The notes beneath the pieces are model-generated. The model saw nothing but the letters and a program-made list of their open reading frames with translations. It made no database searches and had not been told where the DNA came from. The translations under genes and the position numbers were made by a program. Shown here piece by piece: positions 35,922 through 49,000 of a stretch of 64,000 nt of DNA. Every line of letters begins with the position of its first letter. Position 1 is the stretch's first letter. Source of the stretch: Dipteris shenzhenensis (lineage: Eukaryota). The stretch lies in assembly GCA_047967505.1 (NCBI GenBank), contig CM106538.1. The stretch is one strand, 5' to 3'.

Positions 35922-38900
35922 TGTAAACTTTGGTTCTGAAGGCATTCATTGTATTGAATGGCACCATGTGGCAATCTACCACCCAGCCTTAAGACCCCAA
36001 AGAGAGCTTCGTCTCTGTATCTCTTTCGTGAAATCCGCCCTGAGTTCCTTTTCTTCTCTCAAATGCATCTCTCTCTCGCTAGAGTCTTTCCCCTTGCCCA
36101 GTGCTTGCCACTTGGCTTGTTCATTTGGTGCCAAGTATCCTACAAGACCCTTTCTTTAAAGCCCTCTCGACATCACCTCCTTTTGCACCACTTCATTAAT
36201 GCTTAAGTCTAGGATTAATCCTAGACCTCAGCCATCTAAGCCCCCATCAATGCAACTCTGATTTCCTGCCTCACCACAACCAAGCTGAACACTTCCACGA
36301 TTATGGTTCCAGGTTGACATAACATTCTCTTCCCCTTAAGAATGGTTAACGTCCTCGAAAACAAAATTGGAAAACCTCCTTTGGAGATTGCTTACCGTTT
36401 CCCATGTTGAAGTCTCTTTAGGTCTATCTTTCCACTTGACCAAACATTCTTGCCATATTGTAAGTCGCATTCTTTTCCCTTGTCTGTCTAAAATTCTTTC
36501 TGATTCATGTGGTAAAGCATAGGTTCAATGAGATCAACTAGGACTTCATTCCCAATGAGATTAACATCATCTCCTAACTTTCTTTTTAGCCTACTTACAT
36601 GAAAAACTGGATGTACTCTACATCCGTCTAGTAATGCTAATTTGTAAGTGTGAAGCCTGACCTGCTTCCCTGGTTGCCCCGTCATCAGCCGCCGCTTCCA
36701 CTTTTGCTGTATCTAATTGCGCTCTGCTCCAGTGTTCCTTTTATAGCTGCCTGCCGTTTGCTTTCCCCCTTCCTCAATGTCTCAGGATTCCTTACCAAAA
36801 GCGTATGCCCGAAAGGATAGGTCTGCTGATGCCAAAAGACAGCAAACTGACAGTCCCTTTGATTCTGGGTTTGACGCTAATGAGGCACAATATGTTTATG
36901 ACGTGTTGCAAGAAGAATTTCAGCATAGTAGGGATGCATGGGCATTGCCTGTTCCTACAGTTAAGTAGAAGCTCAAGCTTCCCTCTCTGATTACCCCGAT
37001 AAAGAAATTGTCTCAGACGGCGGTCATCATCTTCTTCCCCGGCAAAATCCCCTCTGCCAATGATGTAGCCCAATGGATCAAAGCGTTGCTCGCAGGCTGT
37101 TTTGTGGAAGGGGTTTATTTTGCTTCCATAGGGTTTTATGAGGTCCATCTACGGAATTCTGTAATCATTGTAATCTATAACCTTCATTTCCATAGTATCC
37201 TCATGAGTTTCCTGATGTGTTTCCTCATGTATTTCTTCTTTAACTATAGCCTTACCTTTTCTAGTCCTTTCCTCGCTTTCCCTAATCATTTCATCTCTTT
37301 CTGGACTCGTCATTTTTAAAATGAGAATTTTCCAGATATTATAAAGCAAAAAGCTTTATAACGAAGAGAAAAATGCAATGCCTACTTCCATGTTATTTGC
37401 CCGAGGCATTGGATTGGCCTTCGAAGTTATCTCGCTTTCTCACCTTTTAATCTTGCTCTTTCACTTTCCTCGATCTCAATCTCCAAATTCGCTTTTGCTT
37501 TCCAATCCTTTACTTTGAAATAGGCGAGGCTAAGAGTTTGAAAGCTTATGGGTACTGAACCTTGGAGGGAAAGAGGGAGTGAGAAGGACCTTAGGACCTT
37601 TAGCAGAGTAGAGTATCATACTTACACCTTCAGCCACAACCTTTTTGCAGATACTAGATACTTTGTCCACACTAACTATGCGGTCTTCTTTGACCCCATA
37701 TCATATGACAGAGATTACAATACTGGAGCATACCTCCGACATTGTTGTCAGTTCTTTTAGGTTAGTGACACCCTTTTATGTCACAACATATTGGATCACA
37801 TCTTCACGACTACACCGACTAGCTTCATATTCGGATGCCTCTTCTACAGAACAACGGCATAGTCCACAATGACTCATGAGATGTTTAGCATGTAGCCATA
37901 CATGCAGTTATTCACAAAGTCATCTCTTGATCAACCAATCTTTGATCTAGGTGGACTTCTTATTTTTTGGATTTCCTTTCTCATCCCTTCGGTCTATCTT
38001 CTGGGTTTTGTTGCCAAAGGCGAAGGATGACCTACAACTTAAGAGGGGGAATGCATACTATGTAAGTTGTACTCATTGTACAAGCTTCCGCTATATAGTC
38101 ACTGTGCTCACATATGCACATACTACTCTAATTCTTTTTAGATTCTCTTTTAGTTTTGGATGCTACCATATGCACCAACTGAAATCAACAAAAAGATCTT
38201 GTATATGCACCCTCTACTTACTCAGTGAGAGGGATCTTTCCCAAAAGAAAGGGAAATGAATATATACCTAGATGAATCCAGGAACGTTCCCAAACTCATC
38301 CTCTAAAAACACAACATAGTGCAGTTTCAATCTCATGATCGTCACTCACAAGGTTGAAAACCATAAACTCCATCATGCATAGCAGGGACTAGCTACTATG
38401 ACATCCCCACTGACGTCATCAGCGCCCAACAGCCAACAGTGGGTGTTAACCATAGTATAAAAATATGCTCTCACACATACAAATCCACACACCCACACAT
38501 ACTCGAGCATCCATTTATACGAAGTCTTCGTACTGAGTTTCTGTCGGCACTCCGGAGGTGAAGGGCAAACTCAACCATGACAAAGGCTAGCACTAAAGGA
38601 GAAGGCTAATCAAAAGGTAGTCCGAGATGAACCTTAGAGACTAGAAGGGGGAAAAAAAGATTTGATGAGGTGGATTTTTCCAAAGGCTCAAAACCTTGGA
38701 TGACATGGCTTCTCCATTTTCTTCTTGCTTGTATTTTCTCTACGTAGGTCAACGCCGATTCTTCTTCCTTGCTTCTTCAAGCAAGTCGTAGTAGAAAAAT
38801 TACTTGCTTCCCTTCCAAAATATCACACAATAAGCTCAGTATTAGCATAAGATCTTGTATTGCCAAGCCTCTGCGCTTGCTCATCATTGAATTGTGTTAA

Positions 38901-39769
38901 TTTCTTGAGAAGTGTGATCTGCCTTGTTATGGGATTATTGGAATGGCAATCGAAGTAAGATCAAGATTAAATGGCTCTTTTGCGTATGCTTCAAGACAAG
39001 ATCTCGACTGTTGTATCCAATTGGGCCTCTTGATGTAGACAGAACCATAACACATATGCTTGCTCTTGAAACTGTTACGATTCTCCTGGAAACTGCACAC
39101 TTCTTCACTCCACAAAATTTGTTGTTGAGGACTCTCGCTTCTGAGTTCTCCTTTGCTTAAAAATCGCAGCCTTTGCAGCTCACTACTGAGAATACGTAGA
39201 TTGAGCCCTTATTGTAATTCAAGATTCGCCTTCTTCTCTTTTATATCTGCATTCTAGTTCGTATGTTTGGCCTCCAAATCAATTCGTTGTCCTTGCCAAT
39301 CTGATGGCGAAGAAAAATAAAACCATGCAACTGAAACCTCTTTCCCATAAGCTATCCATTGTGCTCTAATACCAATGTGAATCTCTACATACAAGGAGGG
39401 CTCCTTCAACATTTACCACTCAGCGTTAAGACCCCAAAAGAGAGCTTCATCGCAATCATCTCTTTCATGAAATCCGCCTCGAGTTCCTTTTCACCTCTAA
39501 GATGCATCTCTCTCTCTCTAGAGTCTTCACCCTTACCCAGTGCTTGCCACTTGACTTGTTCATTTGGCGCTACGTGTCCTACAAGACCCATTCTTTAAAG
39601 CCCTCTCAATATGGCTTCTTTTTGCACCACTTCATTAATACTTAAGTCTAGGATTAATCCTAAACCTCAGCCATCTAAGCCCCCATCAATGCAAGCATTG
39701 TTGAGCCCTTTGGTTTACCGCCTCACCACAACCAAGTTGAATGCTTCCACGATTATGGTTCATGTAACA
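35922..39769 (-). mobile_element. Old, internally deleted chromovirus relic (LTRs ~35922-36324 and 39376-39769) with secondary insertions
   Basis: Diverged ~400-bp direct repeats, mutated PBS 39363-39374, PPT 36325-36338, integrase end VHPVFHVSRLK and chromodomain CLVKWKDRPKETSTWE. An L1 ORF1-like piece (+) lies at about 36660-37150. Confidence 0.75.
38262..38615 (+). repeat. Second copy of 52531-52855 (probable 5'-truncated L1 3' end)
   Basis: Clear alignment from ATATACCTAGATGAATCCAGG to GGCTAATCAAAA. Confidence 0.8.
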
Positions 39770-39899
39770 CACCAACGCTTAAGGTGTTGTGTGGTATATT
39801 CTGGGAGGCAATCCTAAGAGTCCTTTGATCTCAACTGTGGAAGTTCGTAAAACTCTAACTGAGTTTTTATTTCTTTGTTGTGCATCTCGAGTCATGTGT

Positions 39900-40780
39900 G
39901 GATGCACCAAAGATTCCTTGGCTAGCCAAGAAGGGGAGATGGCCTTCTTAGCTGAGTGATTTCATTTATTGTTTTAGAGAACGGGTTACATCCAAAAAGG
40001 AATGTTCAACATAAGATTGATCTTATTCTAGGAAAAGATTCTATGAATAGATCGCCTTATCGGTTGAAGATGCGGTGCGAAGGAAACTAGAAGAATGAAC
40101 ATGGGGCAGATGTAACCCAATTCCTCAGCTTTTTCTTCACCAGCAATATTGAAGAAAAAAAAGGATGATGCCTTTTAGTTGTGTATCCATTACCAAGGGT
40201 TGAAAAAATTTATTGTTGGATACGTTGCATGGTGATGTACTTTTTTATAAAACAGATTGAAAATGTGGTTATCAAATTGGATGAGTGTGAAGTTGTAAGA
40301 GGCCACAAATTGAAGAGGGTTAGTATTACTTTAATGAACAAATCCCTTAGACATGCCAAAGATAAGGAAGTTATAGAAGATTTTAGTGTGCAATAAAAAA
40401 GGCACATTTGGTGGCTTGCTGCATTTGAACTTCCGAAAGAGACACGCTCCTTGAAATGGGTCTTTGATAGATCTCCAATTCCAAGTGTTATTGATGCACA
40501 AACAAAAGGGGAGTCGCTTCAAATAGAAGGGTTTGGATCCTTCAAAGTCGAATGGCACATGGCAGGAGACCTTAAAACATTGAAATGTATTTTGGAATCG
40601 AATTGAGTGGAAATGAGACATATTCGTGTCTTTTTCTGTATGCACTAGCAACAAATTTGAGCGAGTAACGACACGAGCACATTGTGACTGTGAGAGTCTT
40701 GAGGGTGGAATATAATGGGCCTCCAAAGAGGAAAAATAAACAGCTGAATATCTGTCTGCCCAATAGGGCTGAATACAATT
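39900..40780 (+). mobile_element. Highly decayed gypsy RT/RNase H remnant
   Basis: NVQHKIDLILG..NRSPYRL and KKKDDAF, similar to the RT at 21270-21480. Confidence 0.6.
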
Positions 40781-43098
40781 GAAAGAATAAACATTGTACG
40801 AAGGAAATAAACCCTCACTGCAACAAGACTAGAGAAGTACTATATGGAGGGTCCCTCATTGTAGGAACTGTGAAATGATGGAATAAAGGGGCTGCTTGAG
40901 GACTGGAGATTTGGTCAACAGCAAAGGGCAAGAAGCGGGGGTGTTTATATTTCAATTGCCCAGTCTCTGGCCCGAATGTGTTTGTTCAGGGAGAGCTTAT
41001 AGGATGGGTGCTTTGGATTGGACTGAGGATGGAAGATTATATGTTTATGCCCTTGCATGTCAAAAACAGTGACCCTCTTTCCGGAGAGCACGCTAGTCCA
41101 ACAAAGGGAAAGGATGACCAAGCAGATCTTCCAAACCACCGGTCCTTGCTCGACAAAGAGGCAGTTACAGCGCTTACGAGATAAGATCAGCCAGATTCGC
41201 TCAAACCCTTAGAAGATTTTAGAGAGGACGACTACCTTCTATCTCAGTTTGAGGAGTCCTCTGAGATTCTCGCAGCCCCGGGAGTCAGATTGGGCACACA
41301 CTCCATCAGTGGCTCTCCGAGCATGAGCAGCAAGCAGGTGGAGGCCCCATTCACTGATGAGGAGCTCATGGAGACCCTCGAGGCCCTCCCACCACAGAAG
41401 TGCCCCTAGAGGCCCTGAAGATCATCCCACCACACAAGTGCCCTGACGAGGACGGACTGATACTATCCTTCTTCAAGTGCTTCTACGAGTGCATACATAC
41501 ACCCTTACATTTGGCCTTCCAAGAGATCTTCGACTCTAGTGCACCTCCACAGTCATCACTAAGTCAATGTCGAATTTGTTTCATCCCGCATCGGGAGATA
41601 GGGCAGACATTTGACAATGGCGCTTGATTGCCCTACTAGATACCGCCTACGAGATCTTTGTCAAGACCTTGAGTCTGTGGCTACGGCCCCATCTTGCTGA
41701 CATCATTCACGACACTTAGACAAGTTTTGTTTAGGAATGGAGCATCCTGCACAACATCTTCACCTTTTGGGTAGCAGTCAATTGGACCTAGAAGGAGACG
41801 CAACCTATTGCACTCCTCTCGGATTTTGAGAAGGCTTTAGTGGCCTTTTCTAAAAGGCACCAGGATGGGCTTCTCAGACCAATAGATTCGAGAGAACTCT
41901 ACCTTATATACGAAGGCTGCCAGTATTAGGGGTCACACGGGGAGGCCTTTCTCCTTTCACTCTGTACGCCAGGGCTACCCTCTTGATCCATTCCTTTTCC
42001 TTTTTGGGCAAAGGCTCTTCACTTTTTCCAATGCTCCAATGCAGGGTCCTCACTAGGATGCATCTTCCGATCCGCCAAGAGGAGTTACTGGACTTACAGT
42101 TTGCAGATGACAAGGCCCTTTTTGTGGAGGGCATGGCAGCAAGTCTAGAGGGAGGCTGGGGAGCCCTCGTGTTTCATTGTCTGGCATCTAGGGCTAGGAT
42201 CAACTTGTTACTTAACCAAATCAATTGGTTTCCTTACAACAACCGAGGAGGTTCAAGAGATCTTAGACTAGGGGGGTAGCTATGGGTTTTCAATCGATCC
42301 CGTGTGGTCAAACTGCAACGTAGTGAGATGTTAGGTGGGCATCGGCAACTTAGTGGAGCAACCAATAGCCCCAATACTAGACAACGTGCGGCACAAGCTA
42401 TTGTATTAGAGCTCGGCCAAACTCTCTTTAGCAAGGCAGGCCCTTGTAGCCAATCAGGTCCTCTTAGCCACAGCATGAGGACTCTACATAGGGTATGGCA
42501 GTTCTTATCTGTGGGACTCATCTCAACCCACCCCCGGTGTCTGAGGAGTGGGCGCTTTCTCTGGCACCCAGAGATCCGGGATCATGAGGGATTCATGCTG
42601 GGAGGAGTGGACACATTAGTTGGGTGCAGTGGAATAGTAGAGGCACATGTCATAGCCTTCTCTCTCTTGAGATGGGCCGGCACAAGGATATTGGAGCCAT
42701 CCCTAAGTCCTAGAGGGAGTGTCTATACAATGCCCCAGCCCCCCCTCCCGTGGTACATGCATAGAGTCCTTGGCTCCTTCCACTCCATGCATTACAGAGT
42801 GGGTCCCCAGGGTTTTCTACAACCAAGACAAGTCACAAAGGGAGATCTAGAGATAGATGTGGCCCTACGGATGCTAAGAGTTACAAGGAATCAGAGTAGT
42901 GCGGCGTCTAGGCAAGAGATGTAGCGTTGACCAAGTGCCAGTGCCGTGGGGCAAGACCGGACATGTTGGCAGCTTTGGCTCTAGAAGGGCTGTTAGGGTC
43001 ACATTATTTTTCCAGGCATAATAGGTATTAGCTAGGGCTTTTAACCATTGAAGCTAAGGACTGATTGGTCTAACCCTGTAAGAGCTATGCTCTGCATT

Positions 43099-46000
43099 AT
43101 ATAAGGGTGCCCTGGGCGGCTAGTCTACGCTGCTGCTGGTGCCTCCATGTGAGGCCTAAAGCCCCCCTTTATACCTGCTGTTGCAGGCTGCGACCCAGCC
43201 CGTGTGCTGGTCGCCTATATTCTCCCTCCGATGCCGGCCTGAGTCTCTCTCCCCAACCCTCCTAACTCTCACTGCCCCTTGTCCCCTCAAATCGGGGGCT
43301 CACAGATGGGCACAGTGAGATTCTAACACCCCCCCTCAATGTCACAACTGTGGGCCAATTCCCATACGTCTGATGAGGTGCTCCATCTGTTCTCGAGGGA
43401 GTGCCTTCGTGAAGAGGTCGGACAAGTTGTCGGTCGTCGGGCAGTACATGAGCTCGATCACATCGTCGATGATGAGCTCTCGAACAAAGTGGTAATGAAC
43501 TTCGATGTGCTTGGTCCGCGCATGCTACACTAGATTCTTGGCAATGGCTATGCAACTCTGATTGTCGCACATCAGCACTATTGCGTCCTCCTGACACACG
43601 TCCATGTCCTCCAGAATCCACCTCAACCACAGTGTCTCACAAGTTGTTGTACATGCGGCTCTGTACTCTACCTCTATAGATGAAAGGGCCACTGTGGGTT
43701 GCTTCTTACTCAGCCAAGAGATGGCACCAGATGCAAGTAAGAAGCAGTATGCACCGGATGCAAGTAAGAAGCAATATCCTGTTGTTGATCTTCTGGTGTC
43801 AGCATCACCCGCCCATTCACTGTCACAGGACCCGCCTAGTTCGATGCCTTTGGTGTAGGTGATCCCATAGGTGCAAGTACCCTTTAGATACCTCAGCACC
43901 CGTAAACCTGCATCCCAATGACTCTTCCTGAGAGAAGCAGAGAACTGGCATAATAGCCCAACTGCATAACAAATATCAGGTCGAGTATTGGTAAGGTAAA
44001 GCAAGCTTCCTACCAATCGTCGGTACAAAGGAGTATCGACCGGCTAAGATGTGTCGTGAACACTTCCGACCTCCATGAAAGTTACTGCTGTCCTGCAATC
44101 TTCCATTTGGAATCTCTTCAGAAGTTCTCTGTAATATTTCTCCTGTGAAATGAAGATCCTGTCTTTGGCCTGCTTTACTTCTATCCCAAGGAAGTAGTGT
44201 AATAACCCAAGGTCAATCATCTCAAACTCAGTCATGAGTAGCTCCTTGACCTGGGAAATCTTCTTGACATGGTCACCTGTCAAGATAAGATCATCAACAT
44301 AGAGAATGAGTACCAATCGCAACCCCTTCTCAATGAACAAGTAGAGGTTTGCCTCAAAAGGACTCCGAACTCCGACTTAGCCCTATCTTCTGAAACAATA
44401 CATCTATCCTTTGGTACCAAGCTCTGGGGGGCCTGTTTCAGCCCGTATACTGCCTTCTTCAGCCTGCAGGCCTTTAATGGGGACCCTGGATCTTGAAAGC
44501 CTGGTGGTTGCTCGACGTACACCTCCTCCTCCACGGTTCCATTAAGGAATGCGAACTTCACGTCCATTTGAAATATAGGCCAATGGAATTGGACAGCAAG
44601 GGCAATCACTGTCCGGATAGTAACCATGCGAGCTGTGGGAGCAAAAGTTTCATCAAAATCCATGCCTTCAGTCTGAGCAAAACCTTTTACCACTAACCTT
44701 GCTTTGTACTTATCCAAGCTGCCGTCCGATTTGAATTTAAGTTTGTATACCCACTTAGTGCCGATGACTTTCCGTCGCGGGGGCCTTCTCTGCCTACATG
44801 GCAGCCTGCCATTCTGGATTGTCCTTCGCCTCCTCGAAGGACCTTGGCTCTTCAGGCTGAGCCACCAACGCAAAGCTCACGGATGGGGTCTTCTTAAGAC
44901 GTTGCGACCGACGCAATCCGAAACTGCTACTCTTAGGTATATCGGTGACCCGAGAGTCTTCCAATGTTCTTAGGTACCATTGGGGCAACCTCTTCTGCTT
45001 CTCAATGGGAGGAGGAACTGAAACTGCTTCTGGAACATCCTGCTCTTTCTCAGTACCTTGTGGAACATCAGCTTCCGATTTCGCCACCTCTTGGATGGTC
45101 AACCTGGGGCGGGGTCAGTTGGGGGGTTGAACAATCTCCTCCTCAATCTGAGGCTCCTCCTGGGGTGCAGGTTCCTTTTGACATCCCGACTGATAAGAAT
45201 CTGCTTCTTTACTAGGTCGAAGAGTCGATAGGCCTTGGATTCTTCGCTATACCCAACAAAGATACATTTTCTGCTCCGGGAATCAAGCTTGGTCCTTTCT
45301 TCCTTGTGCACATGCACCCATGCGTTAGAACCAAAAATTAGAAGATGAGTAATACATGGCTTCTTACCATAATATGCCTCATATGGAGTCTTGTCCTTGA
45401 CGGCCTTCGTCGTGGTCCTGTTGAGGATGTGTACTGCTGTATTTACAGCTTCACTCCAATAGGCTTTAAAAAGGTTCCTCCCTCGTAACATAGCAAGCCC
45501 TGTCTCCGTGGTAGTTCTATGCTTCCTCTCGGCTACCCCGTTCTGCTGAGATGTATGTGTTGTGGTGAGTTGTCACTTGATCCCATGCTTGCGACAAAAT
45601 GTGTTGAGCTCCCCCCCTATCTGTATGGAAAATCTTGACATTCTCCCCTATCTCCTTTTCAACTCTGGCCTTCCAGTCCTTGAATTTCTCGAAAGCCTGT
45701 GACTTTTTAGCCAAGCAATACACCCAGGTCATTCTACTGAAATCATCCACAAAGAGAAGTGAGTACCTGGAGCCTGCCCATGATGCTGTAGACATTGGGC
45801 CACAAATGTCGGCATGAACCAACTCAAGTGGTTTGCTGGCCCGAAACGAGGCCTCTTGTGGGAACTTGTCCCTGTGCTGCTTGCCTTCTAGGCAAGCCCG
45901 ACAGACACCATCCTTCCCTGTAATGGGTGGAAGTCCATCCACCATCTTCGACTTTGACATTTCAGCCAAGGTTCCATAGTTGACGTGACTGAAGCGCTCA

Positions 46001-49000
46001 TGCCAAAGTTTGGACTTTCCGTTGTCTTCATGAACCAACATTGCACTGAGGCGGTACAGTGCGTTTTCTTCGACTCCTTGGGCCACCATCTGTCCATTTG
46101 CTTTGGACGTCACAGTGACCTTGCCATCCTCAAAGAGAACTGACATGTTGTTCTTGTCCATCTGACTTACAGACAGTAAGTTCTTGCAAAGGTTGGGTAC
46201 ATAAAGTACTCCAGAGATATCCTTCTCCTCTCTCAAGGTCGCAATGAAAGGAATGCTACCAATGCCCTTCACAGGACATGTCCGGCTATCCCCGACACAA
46301 ACTTTGGAATCCGGGTGTGTACTTTCCATGGTTTTGAACCAAATCTTTCTGTTAGACATGTGCTTGGAAGCTCCGCTGTCAACATACCAACCCTCTTTGC
46401 CTTCACTGACTGCAAACGCTGAACAATGTTCACTGATTAAAAACAACTGTCATGTCATCACATTGGCAGAATCATTCTTAGGCTCTTCTTTGATCCTGGC
46501 TTCTCTCTTCCGCTTCTGATCCGCCTTCTTCTTTCGGCATTCCTTAGCGGAGTGGCCAAGCTTTTCACAGTAAAAGCACTTCATTTTCTTCTTTCGGTCA
46601 ATGTCCTCTGACTTCTTGAACTATTTTGACTTGCCTTTTCCAGGCTTGTCTTTGGCCACTAATGCCTTCTCATCAGTTTGCGTAAAGAGTTTCTCTCGAG
46701 CCAAGCTCCTCAATGGTGACTGGCTTAGTCCGTTGACCCGTAGTGACCGTAGTCACAAAACTTTTGAAACTCCGTTGCAACTTGTGGAGTGTGAGCAACG
46801 CCAATTGGCTCGAGTCCACCTTCTGACCAACCGCTGCGAGCTGGTCCCGCACGACTTTCACCTTTGTCAGATGGTCATGCACACTATCACCCTCGTTCAT
46901 ATCAAGATTATAAAGTTGATGCTGAAGAGTAATGATACGGGCTGTATTGTTGGTTTCATACAGCTCCTTCAATATGGCCCACTATTAAAAGTGGCAGCGG
47001 AAGATGCAAGCAAACTGAAGCTACAGAATCACACAGAGAACACTAGAGACAACAAGATGTGCCACAAACAGATTTGCTGTAACTCAGCCCATAAACCAGG
47101 GCAGCAACTGTAATACAAGGAGTCTTGAACAGGATGAGAAATAGGAGCTGCAGAAGGGGCTGAACTCGAGCAGAGGATAGGGGCACAAGGAGGCTGCAGC
47201 CTGAGAGCACGGAGGCTGGAGGAGCCTGAAGCGAGGAGGCAGGAGCCTGGGATCGAGGAGGCTAGAGGAGCCTGAAGCGAGGAGGTAGGAGCCTGGGAAC
47301 GAGGAGGCTGGAGGAGCCTGGAGCGAAGAGGCACGAGCCTGGGAACAAGGAGACTGGAGGAGCCTGGAGCGAGGAGGCAGGAGCTTGGGAAAGAATGAGG
47401 GATCTGCAGAGGGAGCGTGGGCAGCCAACAGGGCAGCTAAGGGGCTCAGGTAGGAACGGCCATGAGCAGGCAATGACTGGAGCCCTGAGGAGCTGCTGGA
47501 GTGGGTGAGTGAAATGAGGAGGGGGAGGGCCCTTATACAGGGAAGGCCAGAGGGTCGGTCTAGTTGGCCTAGACCGACCAGCTTGGTCGGTCAGCCAACT
47601 GGGCCGACCAGCTGGTCGGCCAGGGGCTGGTTGGCCAGGACCTGGTCGGCCAGGGGCTGGTTGGCCAGGACCTGGTCGGCCAGGGGCTGGTCGGCCTGGT
47701 CTACCCCCTCTGTCCCCCTGCTTCGGCCTTGTTGCGTGGGAGCTGGTGTGCGCCCTGTGGAGGCCTGGAGATGGCAGTCTCAACACCCCCTCTCAGCTCC
47801 AGGGTGTGGCACAAGACCCAGAGAGCTGGCATGACGCTGGAGAAGGGGAGAGGAAACAGGTTTGGTAAAAATGTCGGCGATGTTGTCGGTAGTGGTGCTG
47901 AAGAGAGGCAAAATGGTACCGTCAAGAACCTTCTCTCGAGTGTAGTGGTACTGAATTTCGATGTGTTTTGTCCGAGCATGGAAAACCGGATTGCGAGCAA
48001 GGGTGATACAGCTTTGATTGTCACAAAAAAGTGTGGTAGGAGCATGTTGCTGAAAACCACAATCGAGAAGAAGGCGCCGAAGCCACACAGCCTCACAGGT
48101 GGCACTACACATAGCACGATACTCAGCCTCGGTGGAGGATAGGGCGACCGTGGGTTGTCGTTTACTGGACCAGGAGATAGCCGCAGAGCCAAAGGAGAAA
48201 ACATAGCCCGTGGTAGAGCGGCGAGAATCGGGGTCGCCAGCCCAATCAGAGTCACTCCAACCTCGGAGAGTGAGCGGGGAAGGAGAGGAGCCACCGACAG
48301 TATATAGGAGCCCGAAAGTAGAGGTCCCCTGAAGATAGCGGAGGAGACGTCGAGCAGCCTGCCAATGAGAAAGCGAAGGGGTTTGCATAAAGGTACTGAG
48401 GGTGCCGACAGAGAAGCCGAGATCCAGTCGAGTTAAGGGAGGAAAGAGCAACAAGCTTGTAGATACCATTGGTAGAATGGCCAGTCCAAACCGGGCTGTC
48501 CGGTAGCACGATCGCGGATGGTAACAGAGGCCGCTTCAAACTCGACCTTCATATTGTTTTGACAAATCTGATGAACCGAAAGGAGATGAAAGCCGAGAGA
48601 CGGAACATAAAGAACACGAGAGGAGTGTTTACCCCCTTTGCCATCAGGAATAATATCAAGAGAGCCCTCTGAATGAACAGGAATAGAGTGCTTGTCGCCG
48701 ATGCAAACACGACCAGGATAAGGAGTGAGATCCTGGAGCAGCGAGGAGGAGGGGGTCATATGCCGAGAGGCCCCACTATCAACGATCCATTCACGAGCAT
48801 CGGAACTATGGAGAGCCAATGACTCTACTGCAGGAAGGGGTACCGAATTCAAGAGCTCAAGGTGAACAAATGCAGGGGTGGGGGTAAGGGAAGCATCAGC
48901 CGCAGCGGCCATGGGTGCGTCAGCTCGTTTGTGTTTGCGGTAGGGACAATTGCGCCAATAATGGCCAGGAGTGCCACAATGATTGCAATTACCTTTGGGA

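Noticed and set aside
43722-43777. 27-bp in-frame duplication (YCFLLASGA) in C2 RNase H, and similar small duplications at ~3583-3630 and ~17178-17240
   Set aside because: Ordinary slippage in dead elements
47205-47400. Repeat array superficially like a CRISPR
   Set aside because: Units are contiguous without unique spacers, the context is a eukaryotic LTR, and there are no cas genes
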